This document shows, in pieces, positions 54,301 through 64,000 of a stretch of DNA of 64,000 nt. Location: IMG/VR virus record IMGVR_UViG_3300044695_003767; one strand, given 5' to 3'. The notes under the pieces were generated by a model. It was not told where the DNA came from. It was given only the letters and a program-made list of their open reading frames with translations, and did no database searches. Origin of the DNA: a virus. The stretch's first letter is position 1. Every line of letters starts with the position of its first letter. A program made the translations under genes and the position numbers.

Positions 54301-57300
54301 TTCAAACCACGGATTTAAAGATGGTGAATTAGTAGTCTATAATTATGAAACTTCGCCAATAAGTGGTATTTCTACAGATTCTAATAATCAGTTTTATATT
54401 TTAAAACTTGACAATGATACATTTAGATTATGTGATGGTGGATTAAATGGGTCAATTTCTTCAAATTACTCAAGAAAAAATTATTTAAAATTTACATCAC
54501 AGGGAACAGGGTATCAATACTTTAGTTATCCAGCAATTACAGTTTCTGTAGAATTTAGTTCTGTTGGATCATCCTCTACTATACAATCTGTAAAAAATCT
54601 CAACATAACTCCTTATGTAAGGGGAGAAATAATAGATGCATATCTATACGAATCTGGTACTGGTTATGGATCTACAATTTTAAATTTTGAAAAAAAACCA
54701 ATTATTTCTATAAAAAATGGAAGAGATGCAAAAATAAAACCAAATATTAGTCAGGGCAAAATTAATACTGTAAAGATAGAATATGGTGGATTAGAATATT
54801 TTTCTATTCCAGATATAGTTGCCAATGATCCTACAGGCAAAGGAAGTGGTGCTGAATTTTTACCAGTTATTGACAATGGTAGAATAGTTAATGTTAAAGT
54901 TATAAACAGTGGTATAGGATATTCATCAACATCAACCATTTCTGTAATTCCTTCGGGATTTAATGCCATTTTTGATACAAAAGTTAGATCACTCACAATC
55001 AATAATGCTGAGAGATTTAAATATGAGAATTATACAGAAACTTTAGATAGTGATTTAAAATATTCGATTATTGGTTACTTTAAAAATTTACAAGATTCTT
55101 TCGAAGATGATGGTTCTAAGCATTCGAAGATTATTGGTTGGTCTTATGATGGAAATCCCATATACGGTGCATATGGATATACAGATCCCCAAGACACAAA
55201 CTCCTCTCCAAAATCTTTACAATCTGGATATGCCCTAAACATTTTATATGAAGATAGACCGACAGGATTTAGTGCAGGATTTTTTACAGAGGACTATGAG
55301 TATGTTGGTAGTGGAGATTTGGATCAAAATAATGGTAGATTTTGTAAAACTCCAGAATTTCCATTAGGCATTTATGCATATTTTTCCCCTATTAACAATA
55401 TCAGCTACGTCCCACAATTTCCATATTTTATTGGAGATAGTTTTAAATCAAATGCTATAGATGAAAATTATTATTTAAATCAGTCGTTATTTGATTTTTC
55501 TGAAAATAAAGTTTTAAGAAATACATATCCATACAAATTAATAGATCCTAATGCAGAAAATGACTTTTTATCTGGATTTTTTGATTTAAAAAATCAAATT
55601 ATTAAGATAGAATCCATTTCTGGGGGATATGTAAATGGATATGAAATATTGAGTGGGGGAAATAATTATAAAGTAAATGATTTGATTACTTTTGAAGAAA
55701 ATGAAAATTCTAATCTTTTAGCAAAAGTTTCTTCAATCGAAGGAAAAACTATTAAAAATATTGTTTGCAATCAAGAAATATATGATGATATTGTTTTAAC
55801 TAAAATTAATAATCAAACACTAAATTTTTCTGTTTCATCAACACATACATTAAATGATTCTGAATATATTTCTTTATCTGGATTTTCTACAGTATTTAAT
55901 AATTTAGATGGAATTTATAAAGTAGGTGTATCAACAGTATCTACCACTCTAGTAAATAATCTTCCAGCAGCTGCTTCTATTGGAACAACAGAAATTTATG
56001 TATCTCAGATTCCAAATTCAATTATTCCCGGAAATCTAATTGGAATAGGATCAGAAAGTGCATTAGTTTTAAACACATTTAAAGATAGAAATATTATAAG
56101 AATCAAAAGATCAACAACTGGAATATCACACACCACATCAACTAAAATTTCTCTTGTCCCAAATTCTTTCACCATTGATAAAAATATTGAAGATTTTGAT
56201 TCAAAATTAAACAACAAGGTTTACTTTAATCCCGTAGAGTCTATAGGTGTGGGAACTCAATCTGGAAATTCATCATTTGTAACATTTAATTTTGCAGATT
56301 TCACGGTACAAAGAGATATTCCTACTAGATCAATTTATCTAGAAAATCACCCATTTATCACAAACCAAAAAGTATTATTTACTCCACCGTCTGGATCAAT
56401 TTCAGTATCAACAAATGGAACAAATACTTTTAGTATTCCACTTAGTGGATCATCCCAAGAATTTTATGTTGTCAATAAAACTATTAATACCATTGGATTG
56501 AAGACATCTTTTGATTCTGCAGAATTATTTTTCCATACAAATGGAATTAACAATGATGAATATTTGCTGGAAAGTCAATTCAATCAAATAAAAGGAAGTG
56601 CAACTAGATTTAAGACTACAGTTTCACTAGAAACTGCCCACGAGTTAAGTGATGGGGATTCTATTGTTTTAAATTTAAAGCCAAAATTGGGTGTGGGAAT
56701 AGGGACCTCGACATTTGTTAATGTTTCTTATAATGAGACGTATCAAAAATTAATTTTTGATACCGTAGGGTTTGGTACGACCGCGGTTATCACTTCACAA
56801 TTCTATTATACTAAACCAACTCAGCAAGCTATAATTGACACTTATGTTGGATTAGGATTTACTGTTGGATTGGGAACAACAGGAACAAGAAGTTCTCAAC
56901 AAATATATGATTTCATTTGGGATAATTACAGTAAATTTGATTTTGATGGTGATGGTGTAATTAGTGATAATGATAGTTTGATTGCGGTTAGAGAAATGTC
57001 TGGTATTGGATTTTCTGGAGATTTGTTGATAAAAAATATTGTTTTTCCACAAAATGCAACAAGAAAGACCGCAACTTCCATTAGATCTTATATAAACTCT
57101 TTAACCGGAGGAGTGGGAATAGGTAGCACCACTTATGATATTAATAATAGTGGATTAGTAGATTCAAAAATTGACGGTGAATTACTTACAAGGTTTACTT
57201 CCACAGATGGATTAGGAAAACCAGGTATTTACAATCCATCTCCTATAAGAGGGCAATTTAATATTCAAAACCATAGTTTTAAAACTGGTGATAAAGTACT

Positions 57301-60300
57301 ATATTTGAATAATAATTTAGATACGTTACAACCTACTAATGATGGTGAGTATTTTATTATTAAAATAGATGATAATAACTTACAATTAGCATTAACTTAT
57401 AAGGATTGTATTAGCAATCCACCAAATGCTATTAGTATTGGATATACTGGATCTGATGGTCAGACCATAGGACTAATCAATCCAGAAATTAGAGTAACAA
57501 AAAATAATGTTCTTACATTTAACTTAAAAGATCCTACACTTGCTGGATATGATCTTAAAATATACTACGATAAGGAATTTAATGATGAATTTGTATCTAC
57601 AGGTTCCACATCTTCATTTACTCGTTACAAAGTTGGAACTCCTGGAATATCAGTAGATGCATCCTTAGAGATTGAATATGATAATGAAACCCCACAAACT
57701 TTATATTACGCTTTGGAAAAAAATGGAAATGTTATTGCCCCAGATTTTGATGTACAAAATAATTCATTAATTACATATAATGATAGTTTGTATATAAAAA
57801 CTTCACCATATACTATCGTTGGTTTGGGTACAACTACCTTTAACATATTCTTGGAAAAAACTCCAGAAAGAGTCTCTTATGCTAGTACGGAATGTGAAGT
57901 ATTAGAATATTTTACTAACTCAAGAACTGCAAAGGGTCCAATTCACCAAATTGATATAACATCTAGAAAATCAGACTATAAGATAGTTCCGATATTGCAA
58001 AATATCCAATCAGATGAAGGAGTAGATGGAAATATCATCTTAAAATCAAATACAATAGGTGATATTAAAGAGGTAAAAATTACGAATGAAGGATTCCCAT
58101 ATCAATCCGATATTACATTAAAACCATCTGCATACATATCACCACAAATATTGATAAAAAATGCAAATACTATTAAATCTATTGAGATTAATAGTGGTGG
58201 ATCAAATTACAGTACTGAACCCAACATTATTGTAGTAGATGTGCTAAGTGGACAAAAAATTGATAGTGGCATTTTAGAGGCAAGATTGTCAGGAACCTCC
58301 ATTTCCTCCGTTTCGATCGTACAAAAACCAAAAGGAATATCTGATACTGAAGTTAAATTAATTGCAATAAACAATACTAACGGATTTAGTATTCAAAGAA
58401 TTGAAGTATACTCTCCTGTTGTTTTTGACTTATACATTTCTCAACCTACTGATGGATTTGTTATTGCACCTTTTGCTCCCGGTGATAGTGTGTTTATAGA
58501 AGGTATTCAAAAAGATGACACAGTATCTGGAAATGGATTTAATTCTGAAAATTATGGATATAACTTTTTCAAAGTTATAGACTTTGATACTACAGGATTA
58601 TTGGCTAAAATAAGAATAGATGCTTCAGAATTAACAAGTCTTGTCGGAACTCCAAAAACTATACAGGATTTTGTTCCATTTATAATTAATGAAAAAAATT
58701 ATCCAAAATTTCAGATAGAAAAGGAGAAACTAGGTTTTTCTCCTGGAGAAAAAATATTATCTAATGGTATTGAAAGGGATTTGAGAGTTGTATTTTCTAG
58801 CAATTCTTACATAAAAGTATTTGGATCATATGAACTTAGTGTTGATGAAGTTATTACTGGAAAAGAATCAGGTACAATAGTAACTGTTGCTGAGATTAAA
58901 GATAATATTGCACAATTTGAAATTGATTATTCTACTAAGGTTACTAATGGTTGGGCAAACAATGTTGGAAAACTAAACAATGATGATCAAGTAATTCCCG
59001 ATAATGATTATTATCAAAATTTATCTTATACGATCAAGAGTCCAATTACATATGAAAAATCAAAAACTATTGTAAATAATTTACTACACACAATAGGAAC
59101 TAAAAACTTTAGTGATACTGGTATAACATCAACTTCCAATTTCTCGTTTAATAGTGAAGACTCGTCTATCACAATTAAGGATATTGTTACTGATCAAAGA
59201 ACTGACACAATTTATAGTTTTGATCTGGTTAAGGACATCAACTCTTTCAGTGGATATTCAAAATTCTTAGAATTTAATAATAAAAAACTAACACCTTATA
59301 TTAATAATCAAACAAATAGAGTTCTTAAAATTGACAATATCAACAAAGAATTTTCAAATTTAGAATCAAATGTTAATCCATATTTGGATGTCGCAAATTT
59401 AACTATTGATAACAACGAGTATCTTAATATTCTAGTTAGAGTATCAGATGTAAATGGTTCAAAGGTTCAATTGAGTGAGCTAGTTATTCTTAATAAAGAA
59501 ACAGACACTTTCTTATTAGAAAAAGGGTCAATTGTAAATGTTGGCACAGGTCTAACTGAGGTTTCTAATGAAAAAATAGGAGATTTTTCATTAGAAACAA
59601 AAAATACGGAAATTAATTTAAGATTTACTCCTGTAGATCCCACTAGTACAGATTATGATCTTAAATGGATTCAGAATTCATTTAGATCTAATGCAGTTGG
59701 AGTAGCATCAACATCGATAGGATTTGTTAAATTACTTAATTCCATTCAAAGGATTACTCCTGGCATTTCTACTGGTGTTGGAATTAGTACAAATATTATT
59801 TCACTTGAATCAACATCATTCAAATCATTACACGCTTCTATTCAAGTGACGGATGATGTGACAAATCAGATGCAATATTCTGAGATATATCTAACTCATG
59901 ATGACACCAACAGTTATATTTCAGAATTTTATTTTGATGACTTTGGAAATGATGGAAATGCCTATTCGAGTAATTTTATAGGATCTTTCAGTTCAAATAT
60001 AGATGTAATCTCAAATGTTTTATCTTTAGATTTTACAAATTCGGGAGTTAATACAAATAATATAACCATTAAAGCAAATATTGTTGGTTTTGGTACAACT
60101 AGTCTTGGAATTGGTACATATAGATTTAAAAAATCTGGCACACCAAATGGTTTTGAAAGAAGTGCAATTTATGATGCATACCATACATCTACAATATCAA
60201 ATAATCCTGTTCAAATATTAACCAAAACAGCATCATCGTTTAACTCATTCAAATCTTTAGTTGAGGTCAGTATTGGATCCACAAAAGCTATACACCAAAT

Positions 60301-63300
60301 TTTCACAATTTATGATGGATCTGATGTTTATGTAAAACAACTTCCATTCTTATCTGTTAGTGGTATAAGTACAAGTGATTTAGGTGTTGGGTTAGGTACA
60401 TTTGGTGGAAGCATATCTGGTGGAAATTTAATATTAACATTTTATCCAGATCCAACATTCACTCAAAGAATCAATATATCTAATTTTAGTAAAATTTTAT
60501 ATTCTAGTGTTGACTCTATTAATGTTCCCCCAGATTTAAACTACTATAGTGATGCTGGAGCACTACTTGCAAAAGATTCCACTAAAGTAAAATATTATAA
60601 TTCTATTAATGGTGAACGAATTAATAAAAAAGACTTTTTAATGTTTTATAATGAATTGCCAATTTTTGCAAGAGAAATTGATACCAGTCTACCTACGGAA
60701 CTTAATCCAACCACAGGAACTTTTACATCAAATCAACACTTCTTTAGTGAAAATGAAGAACTAATTTATACACCAAAATCGACAATTATTGGTATTGGAT
60801 CTACTCCATTGATGTATAAGTCTAGTGGTGGAATTGGAACTTTACCATCTACAGTATTTGTAGTTAACAAGTCTGAAAATACTTTCCAAATTTCGACTAC
60901 AAAATCTGGAGTAGCTGTTACTTTTGTTTCGGTTGGTGAAGGAAATGCTCATATGTTTGAGATGAAAAAGAAAAATGAAAAATGCGTATTAACAATAGAT
61001 GATGTAATTCAATATCCAATATTCCCCAAACAAATATACTATCAACTATCAAATCCAATTAGTGCTGGTCAATCAACATTCCAAATGACCGGCATTACCA
61101 CAATTGTACCTAAAGATATATTAAAAATTGATAATGAATATATGGGAGTTTTAAGTGTTGGATTTGGAACAACAAGTATTGGACCAATTGTTGGAACTGG
61201 CACTTTTGGATTAGTAACTGTTTCTAGGGGTCAACTGGGAACATTAAAAGCATCCCACAATTCAGGATCTCAAGTGTCTGTAAATGTTGGTGCATTTAAT
61301 ATTGTCGGAAATACCTTATACTTTACAGATCCTCCAAGAGGAAATGTGCAAGAAGAAAAGGATAATAGTAATTTGGATTCTATTAAATCTGATTTTACTG
61401 GCAGAGTTTTCTTAAGAAAAGATTATACAACTAACATCATTTATGATGATATATCAACAAGATTTAATGGAATTGGTAGAACATTCACTTTAACTGTTGG
61501 TAGTGCAAATACTGTTGGATTAGGAACAAGTGGTGGAAATGGGTTGCTATTAATTAATGGATTGTTCCAGACTCCAACAACATCAAATAATCCATTAAAT
61601 AATTTTAGACTTGTAGAAAATGCAGGAATAACGAGTGTTGTTTTTACTGGTGTTAGAGTTAGTGGTAGTGCAGAATCTGATATTGTTTCTACTTATGATA
61701 TAAATCAGAATGATAGGCCAAGAGGTGGTCTAATAATATCTATTGGTTCAACAACTGGTGTTGGATACGCACCTTTAGTTGGAGCAAGAGTAAGACCTAT
61801 AGTTAGTTCTGCTGGTACAATCACTTCTGTCGTTGGCACCTCTTATACGGGAACCTCAGTATCTATAAGTACAGCAAATTATAATAATTTTTCTGGATTG
61901 ATTGAAATTACAACTTCCCAGCCACATCAATTATCTGAGAGTGATTTGGTAAGATTGGTTGGATTGGCATTTACCTGCCCATCAAATCCAGGAGTTACTT
62001 CATATTTCCCAAGATCTACAGCATCTCATCTTGAATCTACTTTCCCAATCATAAGTATTGGATCCAGTACAGTATTTACTGCAAAAGTTGGTATTAGTAC
62101 TTTACCACATTCATATATTGGATTTGGAACTGTATTCCCTCAGTATAGTTTAAATTTTGGATCTGGGTATAGAAGTCCAGTATCAATTGCAATTACACAA
62201 TCTGGACATAGTGGTACGATAGCTTCTATAACTGCAAATGTTGGTGCTGGAGGAACTCTTTCATTTACAGTGAATAGTGGTGGAAGTGGATATAGTACTA
62301 CAACAAAAACTGAAATTTTTATTCCTGATCCTTCATATACTAATTTACCAGTAACAGGAGTATCAAGAGTTGGATTGGGTTCAACAACAACCACTGGAGT
62401 TGGACTATTATTGGATCTTGAAGTTGATAGCAATCCTTATAATGCTGGAGGAAAGTTCTATGATGCTGCCAATTTAATTTCCAGAAATTTACAACTTATT
62501 GCTGATGTTGCAGTTGGAAGAATGCTAGCAGCTTATCCTAGTTTTACCGTTCCAGGTGGAAATCAACAGTGTTCTGATGATATAAAATCTGTTTTAGAAA
62601 CAGTAATTTATAATTTAAGATTTGGTGGAAATGATCAAGTTTATGAAGCAGCCAATATCTATAAGACAAATCAAACATTATTGTCGGGAGAAGAGATTCA
62701 ATCAATTTATGCCTTTAATCAAGCAAGAGATCTTGCAATACAGGCTATGAGGAATGAAGTTATCAATACTAATGGGTATACAACAGAAACCCAAGTTATC
62801 GATAACACAGTAATTGGAGACGCATCAGATACACCTGGAGTATATACTCTAGGGGACTGTGCAGACGTTGCATCTGCAATTGGATCTTATGTTGGTATTG
62901 TGACTAATACAATTGCAAATGTTATTGCTTACGGTGCAACAGCAACTATCCCTGCAACAAAGACAGTTGCAACAGGATCTCTGTTTAGTGTCAAAAACTT
63001 TACAGTAAAGAGACCAGGATATTCCTTCCAAAAAGGTGACGTTATTAGACCAGTAGGATTAGTAACTGATGCAAGATTAAATAACCCACTGACTAATTTT
63101 GAATTGACAGTTTTAGATACGTTTACCGATTCTTTTGCATTATGGCAATTTGGTAACCTAGATTATATTGACTCTGTTGCTGCTTATCAAAATGGAGTAA
63201 GACTTTCTTTCCCATTATATTATAATGGGCAATTATTAAGTTTCCAAAAGGATCCTAATTTTGATATGGATATGAAGAATTTGCTTGTAATTTTTGTTAA

Positions 63301-64000
63301 TGGAATCCTTCAAGAACCAGGAAAATCATATGATTTTGATGGGGGAACAACACTTAGTTTTATTAATGCACCCAAAAAAGAAGATAATATTGCAATTTTC
63401 TTCTATAGGGGAACAATTGGTTCAGATAGTGCTTTAAATACCGATATTTTACAAACAATAAAGATCGGTGATACTGTACAAGTATATAAAAATAATCAAT
63501 ATCCAAGTACGGTAGATCAAAATTCTAGATTAGTACAAAATATAGAACTAACTGATAGAATTGAAACTGACTTATACAATGGTCCAGGCATAGATGAAAT
63601 TAATCCAAAACCTTTGAATTGGACAAAACAAAAAACTGATAAGAATATATTTGGACAAGTTGTATACAAGACAAGAGATTCCATAGAATCTCAAATTTAT
63701 CCAACAGCAAAATTAATTTCAGGAATTACAACATTAAGTAACGAATTATTTGTAGATAATGCAACTTTCTTCAATTATAATAATCAAATACTTGCAAAAG
63801 AATTTGATCTTTTAATTGTAGGTAGTTCAAGTACTGTTGGAATATCAACTACCGAACCATTCCCAATTGAAACTGTTATAGGTGTTGATGCTTTATCTGT
63901 ACAAGGTTTTGGTGGAGTTATAACTGGAATAGGAACTACAACTGGTATAGGTACTAATCTAGCCATTAAATTCACTCTTAATAACTTAGATTCTAATACC
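51386..64000 (+). CDS. Very large baseplate wedge initiator gp7-like structural protein (>4205 aa, 3'-truncated)
   Basis: MIQTGFDSRVKI..VI.NQLP.F...FLKQYY.SQE.QGG..D...NLDQY; includes a YHYH-like IIGW.YDG.PIYG...DLD..NGRF..TPEFP.G.YAYF segment. The frame reads open where checked and at the window end, and no stop-terminated ORF in this frame is listed in the track. Confidence 0.8.
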   Translation, partial: MIQTGFDSRVKITDVIDNQLPSFVLDENPKLSDFLKQYYISQEYQGGPVDISENLDQYLKINNIISESISDREVYLTSNIGTDNKITISVNTTKGFPEKYGLLKINDEIITYTGITTNSFLNCQRGFSGITGYHQDLNEEELVFEKTNVQSHQEFSSVKNLSSLFLKEFYKKIKYTFAPGFEELDFDPRLNAGNFIKSIRSFYQSKGTDESFKILFKVLYNVEATVVNLENFLIKPSSAEYVRREVILVDPISGEPNNLVGQEIKKENDLTTFASVSEVEIITRNFKTYYKLSLFVGYDESSTIQGKFIVTPKSKCIETIAVGSSTISVDSTIGFPESGTLISGNNESITYSSKSINQFFGCAGIIDEISYGSDIRSDDVYFGYENGDVSKKVRFSILGSLSKFEQISDVLNGVAEGDDINIKSLGSPIDRTRFSNKTFKEIFANSWIYNSNSRFYIENFNGPKTLNLKSPILKDDLTSFKHGDAVEIVERGTNNVVFTSHIEERIGDNSKSIKLLGSFTPVGNTEYDLRRKVNKASSLYATIKGGNDNIISDVSNLYTNTDNAYVASNSLPSSNRGLSIPYNYQITKKLDSFNITNTSGTLENQIDIDYSVISFENSTSFITGDKIFYQPESDNLVGLDTGYYYVQIVSADNKKIKLYSSPSFIGSSSYLTFRSPYISGIGTHRFTLATQKSAIIGAQKLLKKFPLSKDRNTQTNLSSSKEILPGPIGLLINGVEIDSYKSTDKIYYGPLKSVDVLNGGNNYDVINLPKIVVSAGFGQTALIQPVISGSLNKIYVENQEFDIEKILSIGVNGGNGKGAVLEPTLNLRVREVLFDGRATTIGGGINTTTGQLTFDADHYFNDGEEIFYNANGNNGIGVGIGTSTLIDKASYYPKSTSPRTVLLYPSFNDYSTGINTIRFNTDNNFGVHKFYTKSDKKTLTDIKVINGGEGYTNRKLIVKPSGISTTTHTINFSNHGFKDGELVVYNYETSPISGISTDSNNQFYILKLDNDTFRLCDGGLNGSISSNYSRKNYLKFTSQGTGYQYFSYPAITVSVEFSSVGSSSTIQSVKNLNITPYVRGEIIDAYLYESGTGYGSTILNFEKKPIISIKNGRDAKIKPNISQGKINTVKIEYGGLEYFSIPDIVANDPTGKGSGAEFLPVIDNGRIVNVKVINSGIGYSSTSTISVIPSGFNAIFDTKVRSLTINNAERFKYENYTETLDSDLKYSIIGYFKNLQDSFEDDGSKHSKIIGWSYDGNPIYGAYGYTDPQDTNSSPKSLQSGYALNILYEDRPTGFSAGFFTEDYEYVGSGDLDQNNGRFCKTPEFPLGIYAYFSPINNISYVPQFPYFIGDSFKSNAIDENYYLNQSLFDFSENKVLRNTYPYKLIDPNAENDFLSGFFDLKNQIIKIESISGGYVNGYEILSGGNNYKVNDLITFEENENSNLLAKVSSIEGKTIKNIVCNQEIYDDIVLTKINNQTLNFSVSSTHTLNDSEYISLSGFSTVFNNLDGIYKVGVSTVSTTLVNNLPAAASIGTTEIYVSQIPNSIIPGNLIGIGSESALVLNTFKDRNIIRIKRSTTGISHTTSTKISLVPNSFTIDKNIEDFDSKLNNKVYFNPVESIGVGTQSGNSSFVTFNFADFTVQRDIPTRSIYLENHPFITNQKVLFTPPSGSISVSTNGTNTFSIPLSGSSQEFYVVNKTINTIGLKTSFDSAELFFHTNGINNDEYLLESQFNQIKGSATRFKTTVSLETAHELSDGDSIVLNLKPKLGVGIGTSTFVNVSYNETYQKLIFDTVGFGTTAVITSQFYYTKPTQQAIIDTYVGLGFTVGLGTTGTRSSQQIYDFIWDNYSKFDFDGDGVISDNDSLIAVREMSGIGFSGDLLIKNIVFPQNATRKTATSIRSYINSLTGGVGIGSTTYDINNSGLVDSKIDGELLTRFTSTDGLGKPGIYNPSPIRGQFNIQNHSFKTGDKVLYLNNNLDTLQPTNDGEYFIIKIDDNNLQLALTYKDCISNPPNAISIGYTGSDGQTIGLINPEIRVTKNNVLTFNLKDPTLAGYDLKIYYDKEFNDEFVSTGSTSSFTRYKVGTPGISVDASLEIEYDNETPQTLYYALEKNGNVIAPDFDVQNNSLITYNDSLYIKTSPYTIVGLGTTTFNIFLEKTPERVSYASTECEVLEYFTNSRTAKGPIHQIDITSRKSDYKIVPILQNIQSDEGVDGNIILKSNTIGDIKEVKITNEGFPYQSDITLKPSAYISPQILIKNANTIKSIEINSGGSNYSTEPNIIVVDVLSGQKIDSGILEARLSGTSISSVSIVQKPKGISDTEVKLIAINNTNGFSIQRIEVYSPVVFDLYISQPTDGFVIAPFAPGDSVFIEGIQKDDTVSGNGFNSENYGYNFFKVIDFDTTGLLAKIRIDASELTSLVGTPKTIQDFVPFIINEKNYPKFQIEKEKLGFSPGEKILSNGIERDLRVVFSSNSYIKVFGSYELSVDEVITGKESGTIVTVAEIKDNIAQFEIDYSTKVTNGWANNVGKLNNDDQVIPDNDYYQNLSYTIKSPITYEKSKTIVNNLLHTIGTKNFSDTGITSTSNFSFNSEDSSITIKDIVTDQRTDTIYSFDLVKDINSFSGYSKFLEFNNKKLTPYINNQTNRVLKIDNINKEFSNLESNVNPYLDVANLTIDNNEYLNILVRVSDVNGSKVQLSELVILNKETDTFLLEKGSIVNVGTGLTEVSNEKIGDFSLETKNTEINLRFTPVDPTSTDYDLKWIQNSFRSNAVGVASTSIGFVKLLNSIQRITPGISTGVGISTNIISLESTSFKSLHASIQVTDDVTNQMQYSEIYLTHDDTNSYISEFYFDDFGNDGNAYSSNFIGSFSSNIDVISNVLSLDFTNSGVNTNNITIKANIVGFGTTSLGIGTYRFKKSGTPNGFERSAIYDAYHTSTISNNPVQILTKTASSFNSFKSLVEVSIGSTKAIHQIFTIYDGSDVYVKQLPFLSVSGISTSDLGVGLGTFGGSISGGNLILTFYPDPTFTQRINISNFSKILYSSVDSINVPPDLNYYSDAGALLAKDSTKVKYYNSINGERINKKDFLMFYNELPIFAREIDTSLPTELNPTTGTFTSNQHFFSENEELIYTPKSTIIGIGSTPLMYKSSGGIGTLPSTVFVVNKSENTFQISTTKSGVAVTFVSVGEGNAHMFEMKKKNEKCVLTIDDVIQYPIFPKQIYYQLSNPISAGQSTFQMTGITTIVPKDILKIDNEYMGVLSVGFGTTSIGPIVGTGTFGLVTVSRGQLGTLKASHNSGSQVSVNVGAFNIVGNTLYFTDPPRGNVQEEKDNSNLDSIKSDFTGRVFLRKDYTTNIIYDDISTRFNGIGRTFTLTVGSANTVGLGTSGGNGLLLINGLFQTPTTSNNPLNNFRLVENAGITSVVFTGVRVSGSAESDIVSTYDINQNDRPRGGLIISIGSTTGVGYAPLVGARVRPIVSSAGTITSVVGTSYTGTSVSISTANYNNFSGLIEITTSQPHQLSESDLVRLVGLAFTCPSNPGVTSYFPRSTASHLESTFPIISIGSSTVFTAKVGISTLPHSYIGFGTVFPQYSLNFGSGYRSPVSIAITQSGHSGTIASITANVGAGGTLSFTVNSGGSGYSTTTKTEIFIPDPSYTNLPVTGVSRVGLGSTTTTGVGLLLDLEVDSNPYNAGGKFYDAANLISRNLQLIADVAVGRMLAAYPSFTVPGGNQQCSDDIKSVLETVIYNLRFGGNDQVYEAANIYKTNQTLLSGEEIQSIYAFNQARDLAIQAMRNEVINTNGYTTETQVIDNTVIGDASDTPGVYTLGDCADVASAIGSYVGIVTNTIANVIAYGATATIPATKTVATGSLFSVKNFTVKRPGYSFQKGDVIRPVGLVTDARLNNPLTNFELTVLDTFTDSFALWQFGNLDYIDSVAAYQNGVRLSFPLYYNGQLLSFQKDPNFDMDMKNLLVIFVNGILQEPGKSYDFDGGTTLSFINAPKKEDNIAIFFYRGTIGSDSALNTDILQTIKIGDTVQVYKNNQYPSTVDQNSRLVQNIELTDRIETDLYNGPGIDEINPKPLNWTKQKTDKNIFGQVVYKTRDSIESQIYPTAKLISGITTLSNELFVDNATFFNYNNQILAKEFDLLIVGSSSTVGISTTEPFPIETVIGVDALSVQGFGGVITGIGTTTGIGTNLAIKFTLNNLDSNT

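Noticed and set aside
51386-64000. Apparent 12.6-kb gene desert or alternative genetic code
   Set aside because: It is one + strand ORF lacking a stop inside the window, so the track omitted it. The small minus-strand ORFs there are shadows. TAA, TAG and TGA all act as normal stops elsewhere.

Overview
A 64-kb segment of a T4-like cyanomyovirus (Kyanoviridae-like) genome. Nearly all genes are on the + strand. Order: (1) 1-4.0 kb, end of the gp5 baseplate hub/spike gene and accessory virion genes. (2) 4.0-5.5 kb, a tRNA cluster (atypical Ile-UAU, CAU, Leu-UAA) with an HNH endonuclease. (3) 5.6-14.2 kb, two large tail-fibre-type proteins. (4) 14.3-46.3 kb, an early/accessory region of over 100 small, mostly translationally coupled ORFs, including an SF2 helicase, CP12, RlpA-like, five 2OG-Fe(II) oxygenases, a gp38-like glycine-rich adhesin and a ligase-like protein. 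(5) 46.4-49.0 kb, glycosyltransferase-like, ATP-grasp-like and speD genes. (6) 49.0-64.0 kb, baseplate gp25, gp6 and a >4200-aa gp7-like ORF that runs off the window and is absent from the ORF track. The most striking unexplained structures are: a 22-bp palindrome (GTGNCAGT-N6-ASTGGCAC) found 18 times, mostly 29-31 nt upstream of a -10 box; a non-coding control region at 41.3-42.3 kb with divergent promoters, phased CTCGWCGAG palindromes, 45-bp periodic repeats and Fur-box-like half-sites; and an adjacent island coupling a Cys-loop gp38-like adhesin to three oxygenases and two CxxC proteins. Product calls come from motif recognition by eye; no database searches were run.
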